Part shown: in pieces, positions 36,001 to 46,150 of the stretch
Position numbering within the stretch: the first letter of the stretch is position 1
Layout: each line of letters starts with the position of its first letter
DNA from: Okamejei kenojei
Lineage: Eukaryota
Direction: 5' to 3'
Length of the DNA stretch: 64,000 nucleotides
Assembly (NCBI GenBank): GCA_035221665.1
Contig: CM069168.1
Span: 17,174,001 to 17,238,000, forward strand
The notes under the pieces: model-generated
Database searches by the model: none
Told to the model about the DNA's origin: nothing
Seen by the model: only the letters and a program-made list of their open reading frames with translations
Program-made: the position numbers and the translations under genes

Positions 36001-39000
36001 GTCGAGACCCATCTTCAGAAACGATGATAGGACCCACCCTAACCATCGGCCACTGTCACTGGTCCGGGTGAATCCTAACATCCAGGGCTTGGCCCACAGC
36101 CACCCTTGCTTGGGCAAGTGTTTGGGCACTTTTTAAATGCTGTGTGTGACACTGAATCCAGCGCTCTCTGGCGATGTGTTCCAGGTGCTCGCCACTCCTG
36201 CACTCTGTGTCTACGTTTCCCCTTCCAGGAATGCTGCCTGAGAGCTGTGTATAATGCTGCTCTGAGCTGTGTATAATGCTGACGCAGTGAAGTTGGGCCG
36301 TGTTGAATTCTGTGCGTGCGTGTGTCTGCGTGTGGTACTGAAACATGTCTTCTCGTTACTGCTCACAGCCAGAAGAGGGAGAAAATAAAGAGAAGGAAAC
36401 CAAAGGAAAGGAAGCGGATGATGACAGCCTTCTCCAGATGGACGACGTTCTGTTCCTGGAAGACAACGAGGAGGATTTTGGTGAGAAATTATGTCCCCAG
36501 CCATCTCACTGCACACTGCAGTTTCTGTTGGACAATGTCCCCACCAAGGCAGCTACAGAGCAGTGTGTACTGTATATGGCTGCTCGTCCCAAACCTTGGG
36601 GAACTATTCGTCCTTACAGTGGCATAACATTGGAGAGGCGAGTCTGCAGGTGCGCATAACAAATGATGTGGGAGCTCAGCAGCTCAGGCAACATCTCTGC
36701 ACAACATGCATAGGCGAAGATTTGGATTGGGGCCCTTCTTTGGACCCTAAACCTCACCTCGCCCTGTTCTCCAGGGATGCTGCCTGAGCCGCCGAGTTAC
36801 TGGAGCACTCTCTATTCTACACAAGATTACAGCCTCTCTAGTTCCATGTGTCTACGTGTTTAAGTTGTCTAATTCTGACGTGTCCAATTTTGTTCTCCGC
36901 AGGTATCGCCAATGCTGGAGAGAAGAAGGCAACTGAGAAAAGCAATGAGGCTGAGAGTGCGTCTGCTAAAGAAACGGTGAGGATGTAGTGAGGGGCTGAC
37001 GTGGGAGAAATATGAGGTCTTATGCACCACGTCGCTGACCCTCGCTCAGAGTATGAGCAGCATCTGGCAAGCTATGTCAGATGGGGGGGTACAGGATCGG
37101 ATGGGTTACTGGCCTGGGTTTGGCCTTCAACGGGAGCACTGTGAAACTAGCCTAGAACTAGAGGTGTACTTGGACTCAGTGGTCCGGAAGCATCTTTAGA
37201 GAAAAGGGGTGACATTTTGGGTCAGGGCCATGCAGAAGAAGGGTCTCCGTCCTTCTCCAGAGATGCCGCCTGACCCGTTCACTTACTCCAGCACTTTGTG
37301 CTGATCTTTGGACAGGTGCGTGGATAGGAAAGGTTGAGAGGGAGATTGGCCAAGTGGGATTAGTGTAGATTGGGCATGTTGGTTGGTCAGAAGGGTCTGT
37401 TTCCTCTGCCAAAGTCAGCATGAGTTTGTAGGTTAATTGGCCGTCTGTAGTGCTGAGGGAGTGGATGACAAAGAGGGATAGTATAGAAATGGGTGGTCAA
37501 TGTGGGCTGCAGGGTTGTTTCCTTCAATGAATCAGCCAGGATAGGGGAGAGGTGTTATTGGGAGTAGGGGGGGGTGTTGCCATACTGGTCAGGACGACAG
37601 CAACAACTGTTTTTGGTCTCTACTAGCCGCCGGAGAGGGATGTCTCCCAGATGGTGACCCTGCGCAAGGATCTGCTGCTGGCCTTTGCTTACTTTGACCG
37701 CAATCTGTGCAGCTACCTGATGGAGAAGGACCTGGAGCTGATCCTCAGCACCGTGGGGCTACACATCACCAGAGCTCAGGTACGCTGGCTGGCTGGCTGA
37801 CTGCTGCTAGAGGCACAAAGTGGTGCTGGCTGCCCACTGGCCCCCCTGCCCATCACTGTGCCCACTGTCTCTCCCCTCGCCCATCACTGCCCGCTGCAAC
37901 ATCGCCCATCACTGCCCCGAAGCCCGTCACTGCCCGCTGGGGCAGGCTGGGTTCTGCTCTTGCTCTGGGTACTGAGTGTAGGGAGTGGATGAGAAAGTGG
38001 GATAACAGAGGTGGTCAATGGTCATTGCGGACTCGGTGGGCCGAAGGGCCTATTTCAACGTTGCATCTGTAAACTAAACTAAAGCTCCTTCGTTGCTGCT
38101 GTCAAACTGCTGAATGGACGGTACATAAACTAGAGGGACCACATCACCCCGATCCTGGCCTCTCTCCACTGGCTCCCTGCGCGGTTCCGAATTAATTTCA
38201 AGACCCTCCTCTTTGTCTACAATGCCCTCAATGGGCTTGCACCCACCTACATTAAAAGTCTTCTCACCCACTACACCACCCCAGGTCCCTCAGATCGGCC
38301 GACTTGGGGTTGCTGAATGTCCCGCAGTCTAGGCATAAGCTCAGGGGCGACCGCGCCTTTGTGGTCGCAGCTCCTAGACTGTGGAACAGCATCCCCCTCC
38401 CCATTAGAACTGCCTCCTCCATCGACTCCTTTAACCATATAACCATATAACAATTACAGCACAGAAACAGGCCCTCTAGGCCCTTCCAATCCGTGCCGAC
38501 CATTTGTTTTCCCCTAGTCCCATCTACCTGCTCCATTCCCTCCATACCCCTCCATTCCCTTCACGTCCATATACCTATCCACTCTACTTTTAATACCTAT
38601 CCACTTTACTTTTAAAGTCGTCTAAAAACGTATCTGTTCTCCCAAGCCTTCCTGACGTCCTCTGAGTGAGGGCTATTTGTATATATGTATGTAGCCTGCT
38701 TGTGTATACTACTCTTATAACAAATGTAAAGCACATTGGTCAACGAGAGTTGTTTTTTAAATGTGCTATATAAATTAATGTGACTTGACTTGTATTCCAC
38801 GATCTCCCACACACCTCGTTGCACAGCTTGCAATTTATTTGATCTGTACTTTCTCAGCCTCTGTAGCGTTGTAACGCTGTGACACTATTCAGTGTCATTC
38901 ACCCTCGAGTCTTTATCACTAAATTTCATTCACCCTCGACTAAATTTTCTTATGTTTTTTGGTAATTTTGGTCTTACTCTGCCATGTGTATAATTTTATA

Positions 39001-42000
39001 TATAATTTATTTTGTCACATGAGCAAAAAACATAAATTAACTAATTTCTTAAGTGTTTATTTTATTCAACTTTTTGAACATCTTAAAAATACGGAGTGAA
39101 AAAAAGTTTGATTACCACTGGAGTTGGAAAATCATTCTATTAGGATAATTAAAAAAAAAACATTCCAACATCTAAATGCAGGGCTTCGGCATTTAGTTAC
39201 TCTCGACCCGAAACATCACCCATTCCTCCTCTCCATGGATGCTGCCTCACCCGCTGAGTTACTCCTGCATTCTGTGTCCACCAGGCAGAGATTGTCACTG
39301 TCTCGGTGAACTAAACATGCGACACTAAATACAAGTTGTCTGTGTGTTTCAGATTAAACAACTGCTGGGGAAGGTGTGCTCCCAGAATATGTGTCTGTAC
39401 CGCACGCTGACCGACGGCTGGGAGGGAGACCTGGAGAAGATGGAGGACAAGAGCCTGGTGCCACCGGACATGGTGCTTGGTAAGTGTGGGATGGGGGGGG
39501 GGGGGGGGGGGGGCGGGTGCTGTGTGTGTGAGGGCCGGTGACGGGGGGGGGGGGGGGGGGGGGGGGGTGGACCGAGGGGGGGGGGGGGGGTCGCTGTAGA
39601 ACGGGAACCTTGGCTGCCCTTTCCCCGTGCATTGCATCCACTGGGACGCAGCAGTAGAGTTGCTGCCTTACAGCGCCAGAGACCAGGTTTCGATCCCGAC
39701 TACAGGCACTGTGCTGTCTGTACAGAGTTTGGACGTTCTCACCGTGACTGCGTGGGTTTTCCCCGTGAAATCCGGTTCCCCCCCACACTCCAAAGACGTA
39801 CAGGTTTGTAGGTTAATTGGCTTGGAATGAATGTGAAATTGTCCCTAGGGGGTGTAGGGTTGTATTAATGTGCAGGGATCGCTTGGTGGGCCGAAGGGCC
39901 TGTTCCCATGCTGTATCTCCAAACTAAACTAAACCACTGGTCATCCGCTGGGGTGGGACACACACACACACACACAAGCTGTGCTGTGATCCTTGAGGTT
40001 ACCGCGAGTCCATCGGAGATAACGGGCCAGCGGTTCAAAGGTCACCTCGTGGTCTATTTACAGCCTGATGTTCCCATTCCCAATACTATCCCACGCCGTC
40101 CCGCTGAGCTCCCTCCCTCACCTCTCGCTCCCCCGCGTCGCTGCTCTGCTCCCCTCCCCCTCCCTCGCGGTGTCTGTGTCCGTGCCGTGACGCTGCCCTC
40201 CTCCTGCAGGGAACCATCACCTGCTGCCCACAGCGGCGGTGGCAGCCGCGAGCAAGGCCCGCCTCCGGTCCGCCGACGGCAGTCTGGTCGAACACAACGG
40301 CAACATGGTCAACGTGGGCAACCTGATCCAGAAACTGGAGCGGGACGAGAGGAACCGCGCCGATATGGAGCACAAGCTGCACTCCATCGAGGCACAACTG
40401 AGTGGGTGTAGGGGGGGTGTGATAACGGGAGCTGGGGGGTGAAGGGGTTCATGTGGTAGCCCTGTGGGGGGGGGGGGGGGGGCGGTGCAGAATCGGGACA
40501 AAGGCTGGGGGTGGGCAGGGGTCGGTGAGAGGGTAGTGTGGTGAGGGGCATGGAGGGGGCGGGGTCCGGTGTGGTTTTGGAGTGCGGCCTGGCCGGGGTG
40601 GGCGGAGGGTGTCCGGCGTGGTTTGGAGTGCGGGCTGGCCGTGTGGGGGGGGGGGGGGTGTCCGGCGTGGTTTGGAGTGCGGGCTGGCCGGGTTGGGGGG
40701 GGGGGGTGTCTGCCGTGGTTTGGAGTGCGGGCTGGCCGGGTGGGGGTGGGGGGCGGTGTCTGGCGTGGTTTGGAGTGCGGGCTGGCCGTGTGGGGGGGGA
40801 GTGCTGAGGGCTGACTCCGTTTACTCTGCTCTCTCCCCTGCAGCTGAAGCAGTGGGGAAAGTTTCCTCCAATGACACGGTGAACAAGTCCCTGACCTGCA
40901 AGATCGAGGACATGCAGAAGCAGGTGACTGAGCTGGAGGATCGGGTCAAATCCGCCGAGAAGCTGAAGATCTTCTACGAGCTGCGGCTCCAGGATAACAC
41001 CAGGAACCTCAACTCCATGCTGGAGGAGATTCAGCGCATAATCAAGAAGGTACATTGTGGCGGTCCATGGTGCGTGCGTGTATGTGTGCGAGTGGCTATG
41101 CGTGTGGCTCTGAGTGTGTCTGTATCTGTGTGTGGTCTGGGGACTCTGCATCACCAGGTCTCTCTGACCAGGCATTTGTGTGGAGACTGCCCCTGGGGGT
41201 GGGGAGAGGTTCCTGGGGTGGGGGGGGGGGATGCGTCTGTGATGTGTGGGGAGTGGGTGGGTCTGTGGTGTCTAGATGTGGAGACTGGAGGGGGGAGAGG
41301 TGTGGGGGGGGTCTCTGATGTCTGGGCATGGAGACAGCCCCTGGGGTGGGGGGGGAGGGGCGTCTCTGATGTGTGGGTGGGGTCTCTGATGTCTGGGTGT
41401 GGGTGGGGTCTCTGATGTCTGGGTGGGGGGGGGGTGTGCGTCTGTGATGTCTGGGTGTGGGGGGGGTGTGCGTCTGTGATGTCTGGGTGGGGGGTGTGCG
41501 TCTGTGATGTCTGGGTGGGGGGTGTGTGCGTCTGGATGTCTGGGTGGGGGGGTGCGTCTGTGATGTCTGGGTGTGGGGGGGGGCTGTGCGTTTGTGATGT
41601 CTGGGTGTGTGGGGGGTGTGCGTCTGTGATGTGGGGGTGGGGGGTGTGCGTCTGTGATGTCTGGGTGTGGGGGGGTGTGCATCTGTGATGTGGGGGGGTG
41701 TGTGCGTCTGTGATGTGTGGGTGTCGGGGGGTTGCGTCTGTGATGTGTGGGGGGTGGTGTGCGTCTGTGATGTGTGGGGGTGGGGGGGGTGTGCGTCTGT
41801 GGTGTGTGGGGGTGGGGGGTGTGTGCGTCTGTGATGTGTGGGGGTGGGGGGGGGTGCGTCTGTGATGTGTGGGGGTGGGGGGGGGGTGTGCGTCTGTGAT
41901 GTGTGGGTGTCGGGGGGGTTGCGTCTGTGATGTGTGAGGGGGGGTGCGTCTGGGTGACTGCTATCTCGGCACAGAGGCAGCGTGACATGACCAGCGTGGG

Positions 42001-42064
42001 GTGTAACCAGTAAGTGTCCGTGCTTGTCTTGCAGAATAATGCTTTGACAGAGAAGGACAAGTGA
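12010..42064 (+). CDS. CCAR2: CCAR2/DBC1 (cell cycle and apoptosis regulator 2), complete spliced CDS, ~1045 aa
   Basis: Exons join in frame: 12010-12046, 13390-13460, 16317-16426, 16975-17089, 18348-18483, 20873-20996, 21632-21766, 23318-23543, 25018-25131, 26004-26170, 27763-27973, 32804-32887, 33690-33884, 34423-34614, 35585-35911, 36369-36480, 36903-36976, 37627-37779, 39353-39479, 40210-40401, 40844-41049, 42035-42064 (3138 nt). All introns are GT-AG except one GC donor at 27974. Domains: S1-like (KQRVFTGVVTSLHDYYG), NLS (GPAKKARH), Nudix-like DBC1 domain (GGSWSPSLDGPGPDKDPRVLIKTAIR), SAP, EF-hand (LLAFAYFDRNLCSYL), C-terminal coiled coil. Lacks the RS/RE-rich tract of CCAR1. Confidence 0.9.
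13170..13360 (+). mobile_element. Penelope-derived insertion with inverted 5' arm and 14-bp TSD CTACCAATGAACCT
   Basis: TSD at 13156-13169 and 13361-13374; arms 13172-13236 and 13265-13329 are reverse complements. Confidence 0.85.
13228..13273 (+). ncRNA. Minimal type I hammerhead ribozyme motif (PLE-type)
   Basis: GGGU-CUGAAGA-A-GGGUC(UC)GACCC-GAAAC-GUC^ACCU: conserved core, stem II and GUC cleavage triplet (predicted cut after 13264). Confidence 0.7.
13390..13460 (+). CDS. CCAR2: CCAR2 exon (GSHGGQQQSLLGPGPPSMQQALLQ)
   Basis: tttctctag acceptor, CAG|GTAACG donor; SLLGP motif as in the CCAR1/2 N-terminus. Confidence 0.8.
14050..14232. mobile_element. Palindromic Penelope-derived insertion (second subfamily)
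   Basis: Inverted arms around a truncated ribozyme remnant (ACCCGAAACGTC). Confidence 0.75.
16317..16426 (+). CDS. CCAR2: CCAR2 exon, S1-like domain N-half
   Basis: QKQRVFTGVVTSLHDYYGFIDEEVLFHL; donor AA|GTAAGT. Confidence 0.93.
16975..17089 (+). CDS. CCAR2: CCAR2 exon, S1-like domain C-half
   Basis: VVKGRMPQVGERVLVKAVYNSSHSVQWSALKVQ. Confidence 0.93.
17819..18176. mobile_element. hAT/Charlie-type MITE
   Basis: TIRs CAGGGGTGTCAAA / TTTGACACCCCTG; 8-bp TSD GTTTAAAC/CTTTAAAC. Confidence 0.85.
18348..18483 (+). CDS. CCAR2: CCAR2 exon
   Basis: GQKQGILGAKPQPQPLLQAPRIPSL; donor C|GTGAGT. Confidence 0.9.
18680..18950 (+). mobile_element. Diverged HE1-type SINE
   Basis: Similar to 39640-39932; TAAAC-type tail. 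Confidence 0.55.
20873..20996 (+). CDS. CCAR2: CCAR2 exon
   Basis: PGLLQPLVHLGPHGQLGRRMDMGMRSMGRNGR; phases 1 and 2 fit both neighbours. Confidence 0.85.
21632..21766 (+). CDS. CCAR2: CCAR2 exon with NLS
   Basis: GPAKKARHYIPSYNVQYSRFCLD. Confidence 0.9.
22420..22945. mobile_element. Penelope-derived fragments: palindromic copy 22420-22605 and + copy 22834-22945 whose hammerhead core has GAAA changed to AAAA
   Basis: Same family sequence as 13170-13360. Confidence 0.7.
23318..23543 (+). CDS. CCAR2: CCAR2 exon (leucine-zipper region)
   Basis: ACDTIEVQRRYPCLNIPDTFF...DADSTYSAK; donor AAG|GTGAGC. Confidence 0.93.
25018..25131 (+). CDS. CCAR2: CCAR2 exon
   Basis: VILLSCPDLLDLYRQTC...QHATKLIK; donor AAG|GTAAGT. 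Confidence 0.92.
25445..25935 (+). mobile_element. L2 LINE 3' fragment
   Basis: RDHITPILAS...FKILLDVYKALNGLSPTYI; tail AATAAAAGTGACTTGACTTGACT. Confidence 0.8.
26004..26170 (+). CDS. CCAR2: CCAR2 exon, Nudix-homology (DBC1) domain
   Basis: FLVGMKGQEEAMAIGGSWSPSLDG...TGIDLSVCTQW. Confidence 0.95.
26703..26936. mobile_element. MITE with GGGGCCT(G/A)TCCCA TIRs flanked by TTAA (PIF/Harbinger- or Kolobok-like)
   Basis: Terminal inverted repeats and TTAA on both sides; related copy at 63630-63875. Confidence 0.75.
27763..27973 (+). CDS. CCAR2: CCAR2 exon, end of Nudix-homology domain; 3' boundary at an inferred GC donor
   Basis: FRFAEIRYLHP...VETVVVFLPDVWHCLPTRLEWDAL; no GT between the conserved block and the in-frame stop at 28142. 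Confidence 0.85.
28990..29290 (+). mobile_element. CR1 3' fragment
   Basis: RTRGHSLRIRGKSFRTEMRKTFFTQRV plus 3' tail. Confidence 0.85.
30968..31132. mobile_element. Palindromic Penelope-derived insertion
   Basis: Family arms; flanking direct repeat GCTTTAATCTGTG. Confidence 0.7.
32804..32887 (+). CDS. CCAR2: CCAR2 exon, start of SAP domain
   Basis: PTPTQWSNLDLKSMK; donor AAA|GTAAGA. Confidence 0.88.
33690..33884 (+). CDS. CCAR2: CCAR2 exon, SAP domain
   Basis: VEDFRRELKARNMNWKGTKAQLVSRLEKEL. Confidence 0.9.
34423..34614 (+). CDS. CCAR2: CCAR2 exon
   Basis: LPAEPAVIVTPN...FGCAVLSLSNLRSYRIDSKGHSFE. Confidence 0.92.
34940..35372 (-). mobile_element. CR1 3' fragment
   Basis: AERMERLGLYTLEFRRMR...RTRGHSLR. 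Confidence 0.85.
35585..35911 (+). CDS. CCAR2: CCAR2 exon
   Basis: VLWLAEIFSEMLQRDFGYAIYSALLAYPEK followed by an acidic tract. Confidence 0.92.
36369..36480 (+). CDS. CCAR2: CCAR2 exon
   Basis: DDVLFLEDNEEDF; donor G|GTGAGA. Confidence 0.85.
36903..36976 (+). CDS. CCAR2: CCAR2 exon
   Basis: ttctccgcag acceptor, ACG|GTGAGG donor; restores phase 1 to 0. Confidence 0.8.
37627..37779 (+). CDS. CCAR2: CCAR2 exon, EF-hand
   Basis: KDLLLAFAYFDRNLCSYLMEKDLELILSTVGLHITRAQ. Confidence 0.94.
38130..38795 (+). mobile_element. L2 LINE 3' fragment with nested insertion (~38435-38600)
   Basis: Same family as 25445-25935; GTGACTTGACTTG tail. Confidence 0.75.
39353..39479 (+). CDS. CCAR2: CCAR2 exon
   Basis: IKQLLGKVCSQNMCLYRTLTD. 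Confidence 0.92.
39640..39932 (+). mobile_element. tRNA-derived SINE (HE1-type); related copies at ~12955-13150, 20000-20230(-), 47480-47670(-), 62215-62425(-)
   Basis: A-box-like GCAGCAGTAGAG, B-box-like GGTTTCGATCCC, conserved core, (TAAAC)n tail. Confidence 0.7.
40210..40401 (+). CDS. CCAR2: CCAR2 exon, start of coiled coil
   Basis: LVEHNGNMVNVGNLIQKLERDERNRADMEHKLHSIEAQL. Confidence 0.92.
40565..40800. repeat. G-rich intronic minisatellite (~46-bp unit containing GTGGTTTGGAGTGCGGGCTGGCCG)
   Basis: About 5 tandem copies. Confidence 0.85.
40844..41049 (+). CDS. CCAR2: CCAR2 exon, coiled coil
   Basis: VNKSLTCKIEDMQKQVTELEDRVKSAEK...EIQRIIKK. Confidence 0.9.
41225..41955. repeat. G-rich intronic minisatellite (GTGCGTCTGTGATGT(C/G)TGGG(G)n)
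   Basis: About 20 tandem copies. Confidence 0.9.
42035..42064 (+). CDS. CCAR2: CCAR2 last coding exon (NNALTEKDK*)
   Basis: cttgtcttgcag acceptor, TGA stop, ATTAAA about 100 nt downstream. Confidence 0.75.
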   Translation, partial: NNALTEKDK

Positions 42065-42162
42065 GGAGGTGCTGGCGATCGAGAGGAAGGAGAGTCCCTG
42101 ATAGAATCCACTCACCTCCCACCACATATAGTGACCTGCGTGACCCTTGCTTTCCTTATCTT

Positions 42163-42168
42163 ATTAAA
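42163..42168 (+). terminator. Probable CCAR2 poly(A) signal ATTAAA
   Basis: First canonical-variant hexamer after the stop, with GT/T-rich sequence downstream. Confidence 0.55.
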
Positions 42169-43074
42169 GTCCTAACCACCACCAAGTGTCCAACCTGCAA
42201 GTTTATCGAAGTGTGCTGTTTGATTTTTCCATCGGCCTGTGCAGGATGTACAATTGAGGAGCAGAGATGGATGTGTGTGTATTGGTGTACCTCTGCTCAG
42301 TGGGGCCAGCTCGCTCCCCAATCCTCTCCCCCCCTCCTGTTGTTAGTGCTCCTGTGAGCGAAGGCACCTCCAGGCCCTTCTCCAGCTCCAACAAGCCTCG
42401 TTCTTCCCCCCTCTCCGTTCTCAGTGCAGCATTCCTTGCACAGGCTAAAGTCCGGGTGTAGGGTCATTCGCAGGGTAAGTAAGCCCTGTCCCGTTTCTCC
42501 CCCGCATTGAGCTCTGTGGCAATGGATCCTCTCTCCCCCTCCCCTTTAGATGCCTTCCTTCTGGACCCTTGACCAAACCCCTTTCTGTCAGGATGTCACT
42601 GTTTACAGTATAAAGGTTCTTCACCATTTTTAAAACTTAACAGTGTCTCTCGTGTCTTTTATTGATGGTCGTGTTGTTGATGTTACGACTGAACCACTGA
42701 CAACAATGTAAGCACTCTTAGAATACAGTACAGCACGGGAACAGGCCCTTCAGCCCGCAAGGTCAGTACTAAACATGATGCCAAGACCAGCTCTTGTATA
42801 TCCCTCCATTCCCTGCACTAAAACCCCACTATCGTATCTGCCTCCACCCCCAGCCCTGCCTGCGCGTTCCAGGCAACCATCACCCTCTGTTTTTTAAACA
42901 AAAACTTGCCCCGCCCCACATCTCCTTTAAACATTGCCCCTCTCACTTTTAAAACTATGCCCTCTAATAGTTGACACTTCCACTCGGGGAGAAAAGGCCT
43001 GGGTACCTGAGCTATAGGGAGAGGTGAAAGGGCTAGGACTCTATTCCTTGGAGCGCAGGACGATGAGTGGGGAT

Positions 43075-45578
43075 AGAAACATAGAAATTAGGTTGCAGGA
43101 GTAGGCCATTCAGCCCTTCGAGCCTGCACCGCCATTCAATATGATCATGGCTGATCATCCAACTCAGTATCCCGTACCTTGCCTTACCCTCCCCTTAGCC
43201 ACAAGGGCCACATCCAACTCACTCTTAAATATAGCCAATGAACTGGCCTCAACTACCCTCTGTGCAGAGAGTTCCAGAGACTCACCACTCTCTGTGTGAA
43301 GAAGAAAGTCTTTCTCATCTCGGTCTTAAAGGATTTCCCCTATCCTTAAGCTGTGACCCCTTGTCCTGGACTTCCCCAACATCGGGAACAATCTTCCTGC
43401 ATCTAGCCTGTCCAACCCCTTAAGAATTTTGTAAGTTTCTATAAGATCCCCTCTTAATCTCCTAAATTCCAGAGAGTAAAACCGAGTCTATCCAGTCTTT
43501 CTTCATAAGACAGTCCTGACATCCAGGAATCAGTCTGGTGAACCTTCTCTGCACTCCCTCTATGGCAATATGTCCTTCCTCAGATTTGGAGAAAAACTGC
43601 ACACAATACTCCAGGTGTGGTCTCACCAAGACCCTGTACAACTGAAGTAGAACCTCCCTGCTCCTGTACTCAAATCCTTTTGCTATGAAAGCTAACATTA
43701 CCATTTGCTTTTTTCACTGCCTGCTGCACCTGCATGCCTACTTTCATGACTGGTGTACCATGACACCCAGGTCTCGCTGCATCTCCCCTTTTCCTAATCG
43801 GCCACCATTTAAATAATAGTCTGCTTTCTTTTTTGCCACCAAAGTGGATAACCTCACATTTATCCACATTATACTGCATCTGCCAAACATTTGCCCACTC
43901 ACCCAGCCTATCCAAGTCACTTGCAGTCTCCTAGCATCCTCCTCACAGCGAACACTGCCCCCCAGCTTAGTGTCATCCGCAAACTGGAGATATTGCCTTC
44001 AATTCCCTCATCCAGTCATTAATATATATTGTAATAGCTGGGGTCCCAGCACTGAGCCCTGCGGTACACCACTAGTTACTGCCTGCCATTGTGAAAAGGA
44101 CCCGTTTACTCCTACTCTTTGCTTCCTGTTTGCCAGCCAGTTCTCTATCCACATCAATACTGAACCCCTAATACCGTATGCTTTAAGTTTGTATACTAAT
44201 CTCTTATGTGGGACCTTGTCGAAAGCCTTCTGGAAGTCCAGATATACCACATTTCTCCCTTATCCACGCTATAGTTACATCCTCGAAAAATTCCACAAGA
44301 TTCGTCAGACATGATTTACCTTTTGTAAATCCATGCTGACTTTGTCCAATGATTTCACCTCTTTCCAAATGTGCTGCTATCCCATCTTTAATAACTGACT
44401 CTAGCAGTTTCCCCACTACGATGTTAGACTAACTGGTCTGTATTACCCGTTTTCTCTCTCCCTCCCTTCTTAAAAAGAGGGTTACATTTGCTACCCGCCA
44501 ATCCTCAGGAACTACTCCAGAATCTAAAGAGTTTTGAAGGATTATCACTAATGCATCCACTATTTCCTGAGCTACTTCCTTAAGTACTCTGGGATGCAGC
44601 CTATCTGGCCCTGGGGATTTATCGGCCTTTAATCTATTCAATTTACCCAACACCACTTCCCGACTGACCTGGATTTCACTCAATTCCTCCTTTGACCCAC
44701 AGTCCCCTGCTATTTCAGGCAGATTATTTATGTCTTCCTTAGTGAAGACGGAACCAAAGTAGTTATTTCAATTGGTCCGCCATATCCTTGTTCCCCATGA
44801 TCAACTCACCTGTTTCTGACTGCAAGGGACCTTTTGTTTTAACTAACCTCTTTCTCTTCACATATCTATAAATACTTTTGCAGTCAGTTTTTATGTTCCC
44901 TGCCAGTTTTTTCATAATCTATTTTTCCTTCCTAATTAAGCCTTTGTCCTCCTCTGCTGGTCTCTGAATTTCTCCCAGTCCTCTGGTATGCTGCTTTTTC
45001 TGGCTACTTTGTACGCATCATCCTTTGCTTATACTATCCCTGATTTCCCTTGTTATCCACGGATGCACTATCTTCCCCGATTTATTCTTTTGCCAAACTG
45101 GGATGAACAATTTTTGTAGTTCATCCATGCAGTCTTTAAATGTCTTCCATTGTTATCCACCGTCAACCCTTTTAGAATTAATTGCCAGTCAATCTTGGCC
45201 AATTCACGTCTCATACCCTCAAAGTTACCTTTCTTTAAGTTCAGAACCATTGTTTCTGAATTAACAATGTCACTCTCCATCCTAATGGAGAACTCAGGTC
45301 ACTCTGCCCAAGGGGGCTGGCTAATTACCCCTTCCTCATTACTCAAAACCCAGTCTAAAATAGCCTGCTCTCTCGTTGGTTCCTCTACATGTTGATTTAG
45401 ATAACTATCCCGCATACATTCCAAAAAATCCTCTTCCTCAGCACCCCTGCCAATTTGATTAACCCAATCTATATGTAGATTGAAGTCACCCATTATAACT
45501 GTTTTGCCTTTGTCGCAACGCATTTCTAATTTCCTGTTTGATACCATCCCCAACTTCTCTGCTACTGTTAGGTGGCCT
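43075..45578 (-). mobile_element. CR1 LINE, ~2.5 kb, 5'-truncated, frameshifted EN+RT
   Basis: VIMGDFN, YLDFQKAFDKVPH, GVPQGSVLGP motifs; 3' tail near 43075. Confidence 0.92.
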
Positions 45579-45904
45579 GTAATGGCTGTTGAATGCTTGA
45601 CTGCATCTGACCACAGGTGAATGTGGCATCTTATGGAGGTGCACAGAATTATGAGAGGAATAGATCAGATAAATGCAGTCTTTTACCCAGAGCAGGGGAA
45701 TCGAGAACCAGAGGACGTAGGTTTAAGGTGAGGGAGGGAAGATTTAATAGGAGCCTGAGGACTAATGTTTTTAAACAGGGTGGTGGGTGTGTGGAATGAG
45801 CTGCTGGAGGTGGTAGTTGATGCATGTGATATAATATTTAAGATGTTTGGACAGGTACAGATTTGGAGGGATATGGGCCAAGTGTGGGCGGGGGGGGGGG
45901 GGCT

Positions 45905-46150
45905 AGTGCAGATGGGGCTTGTTGGTCAGTGTGGGAAGGTGGGACTAGTGTAGATGGGGCTTGTTGGTCTGTGTGGGCAAGGGGGACTAGTGTAGATGGG
46001 GCTTGTTGGTCAGTGGGACTAGTGTAGATGGGGCTTGTTGGTCAGTGGGACTAGTGTAGAGGGGCTTGTTGGTCAGTGGGCAGGTGGGACTTGTTGGTCA
46101 GTGGGCAGGTGGGACTAATGTAGAGGGGCTTGTTGGTTAGTGTGGGCAGG
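45905..46150. repeat. Tandem repeat GGGACTAGTGTAGATGGGGCTTGTTGGTCAGT derived from a CR1-type 3' end
   Basis: About 7 copies following a CR1-like fragment at 45630-45900. Confidence 0.8.

Noticed and set aside
12010-42064. Calling the gene CCAR1 because of the SAP domain
   Set aside because: No long Q-rich N-terminus or RS/RE tract; the NLS, GQKQGILGA and DDVLFLEDNEEDF segments resemble CCAR2. Phylogeny is still needed to be certain.
40309-42127. Long Pro/His/Thr-rich ORFs (279-343 aa) on -
   Set aside because: Minisatellite translations antisense to CCAR2
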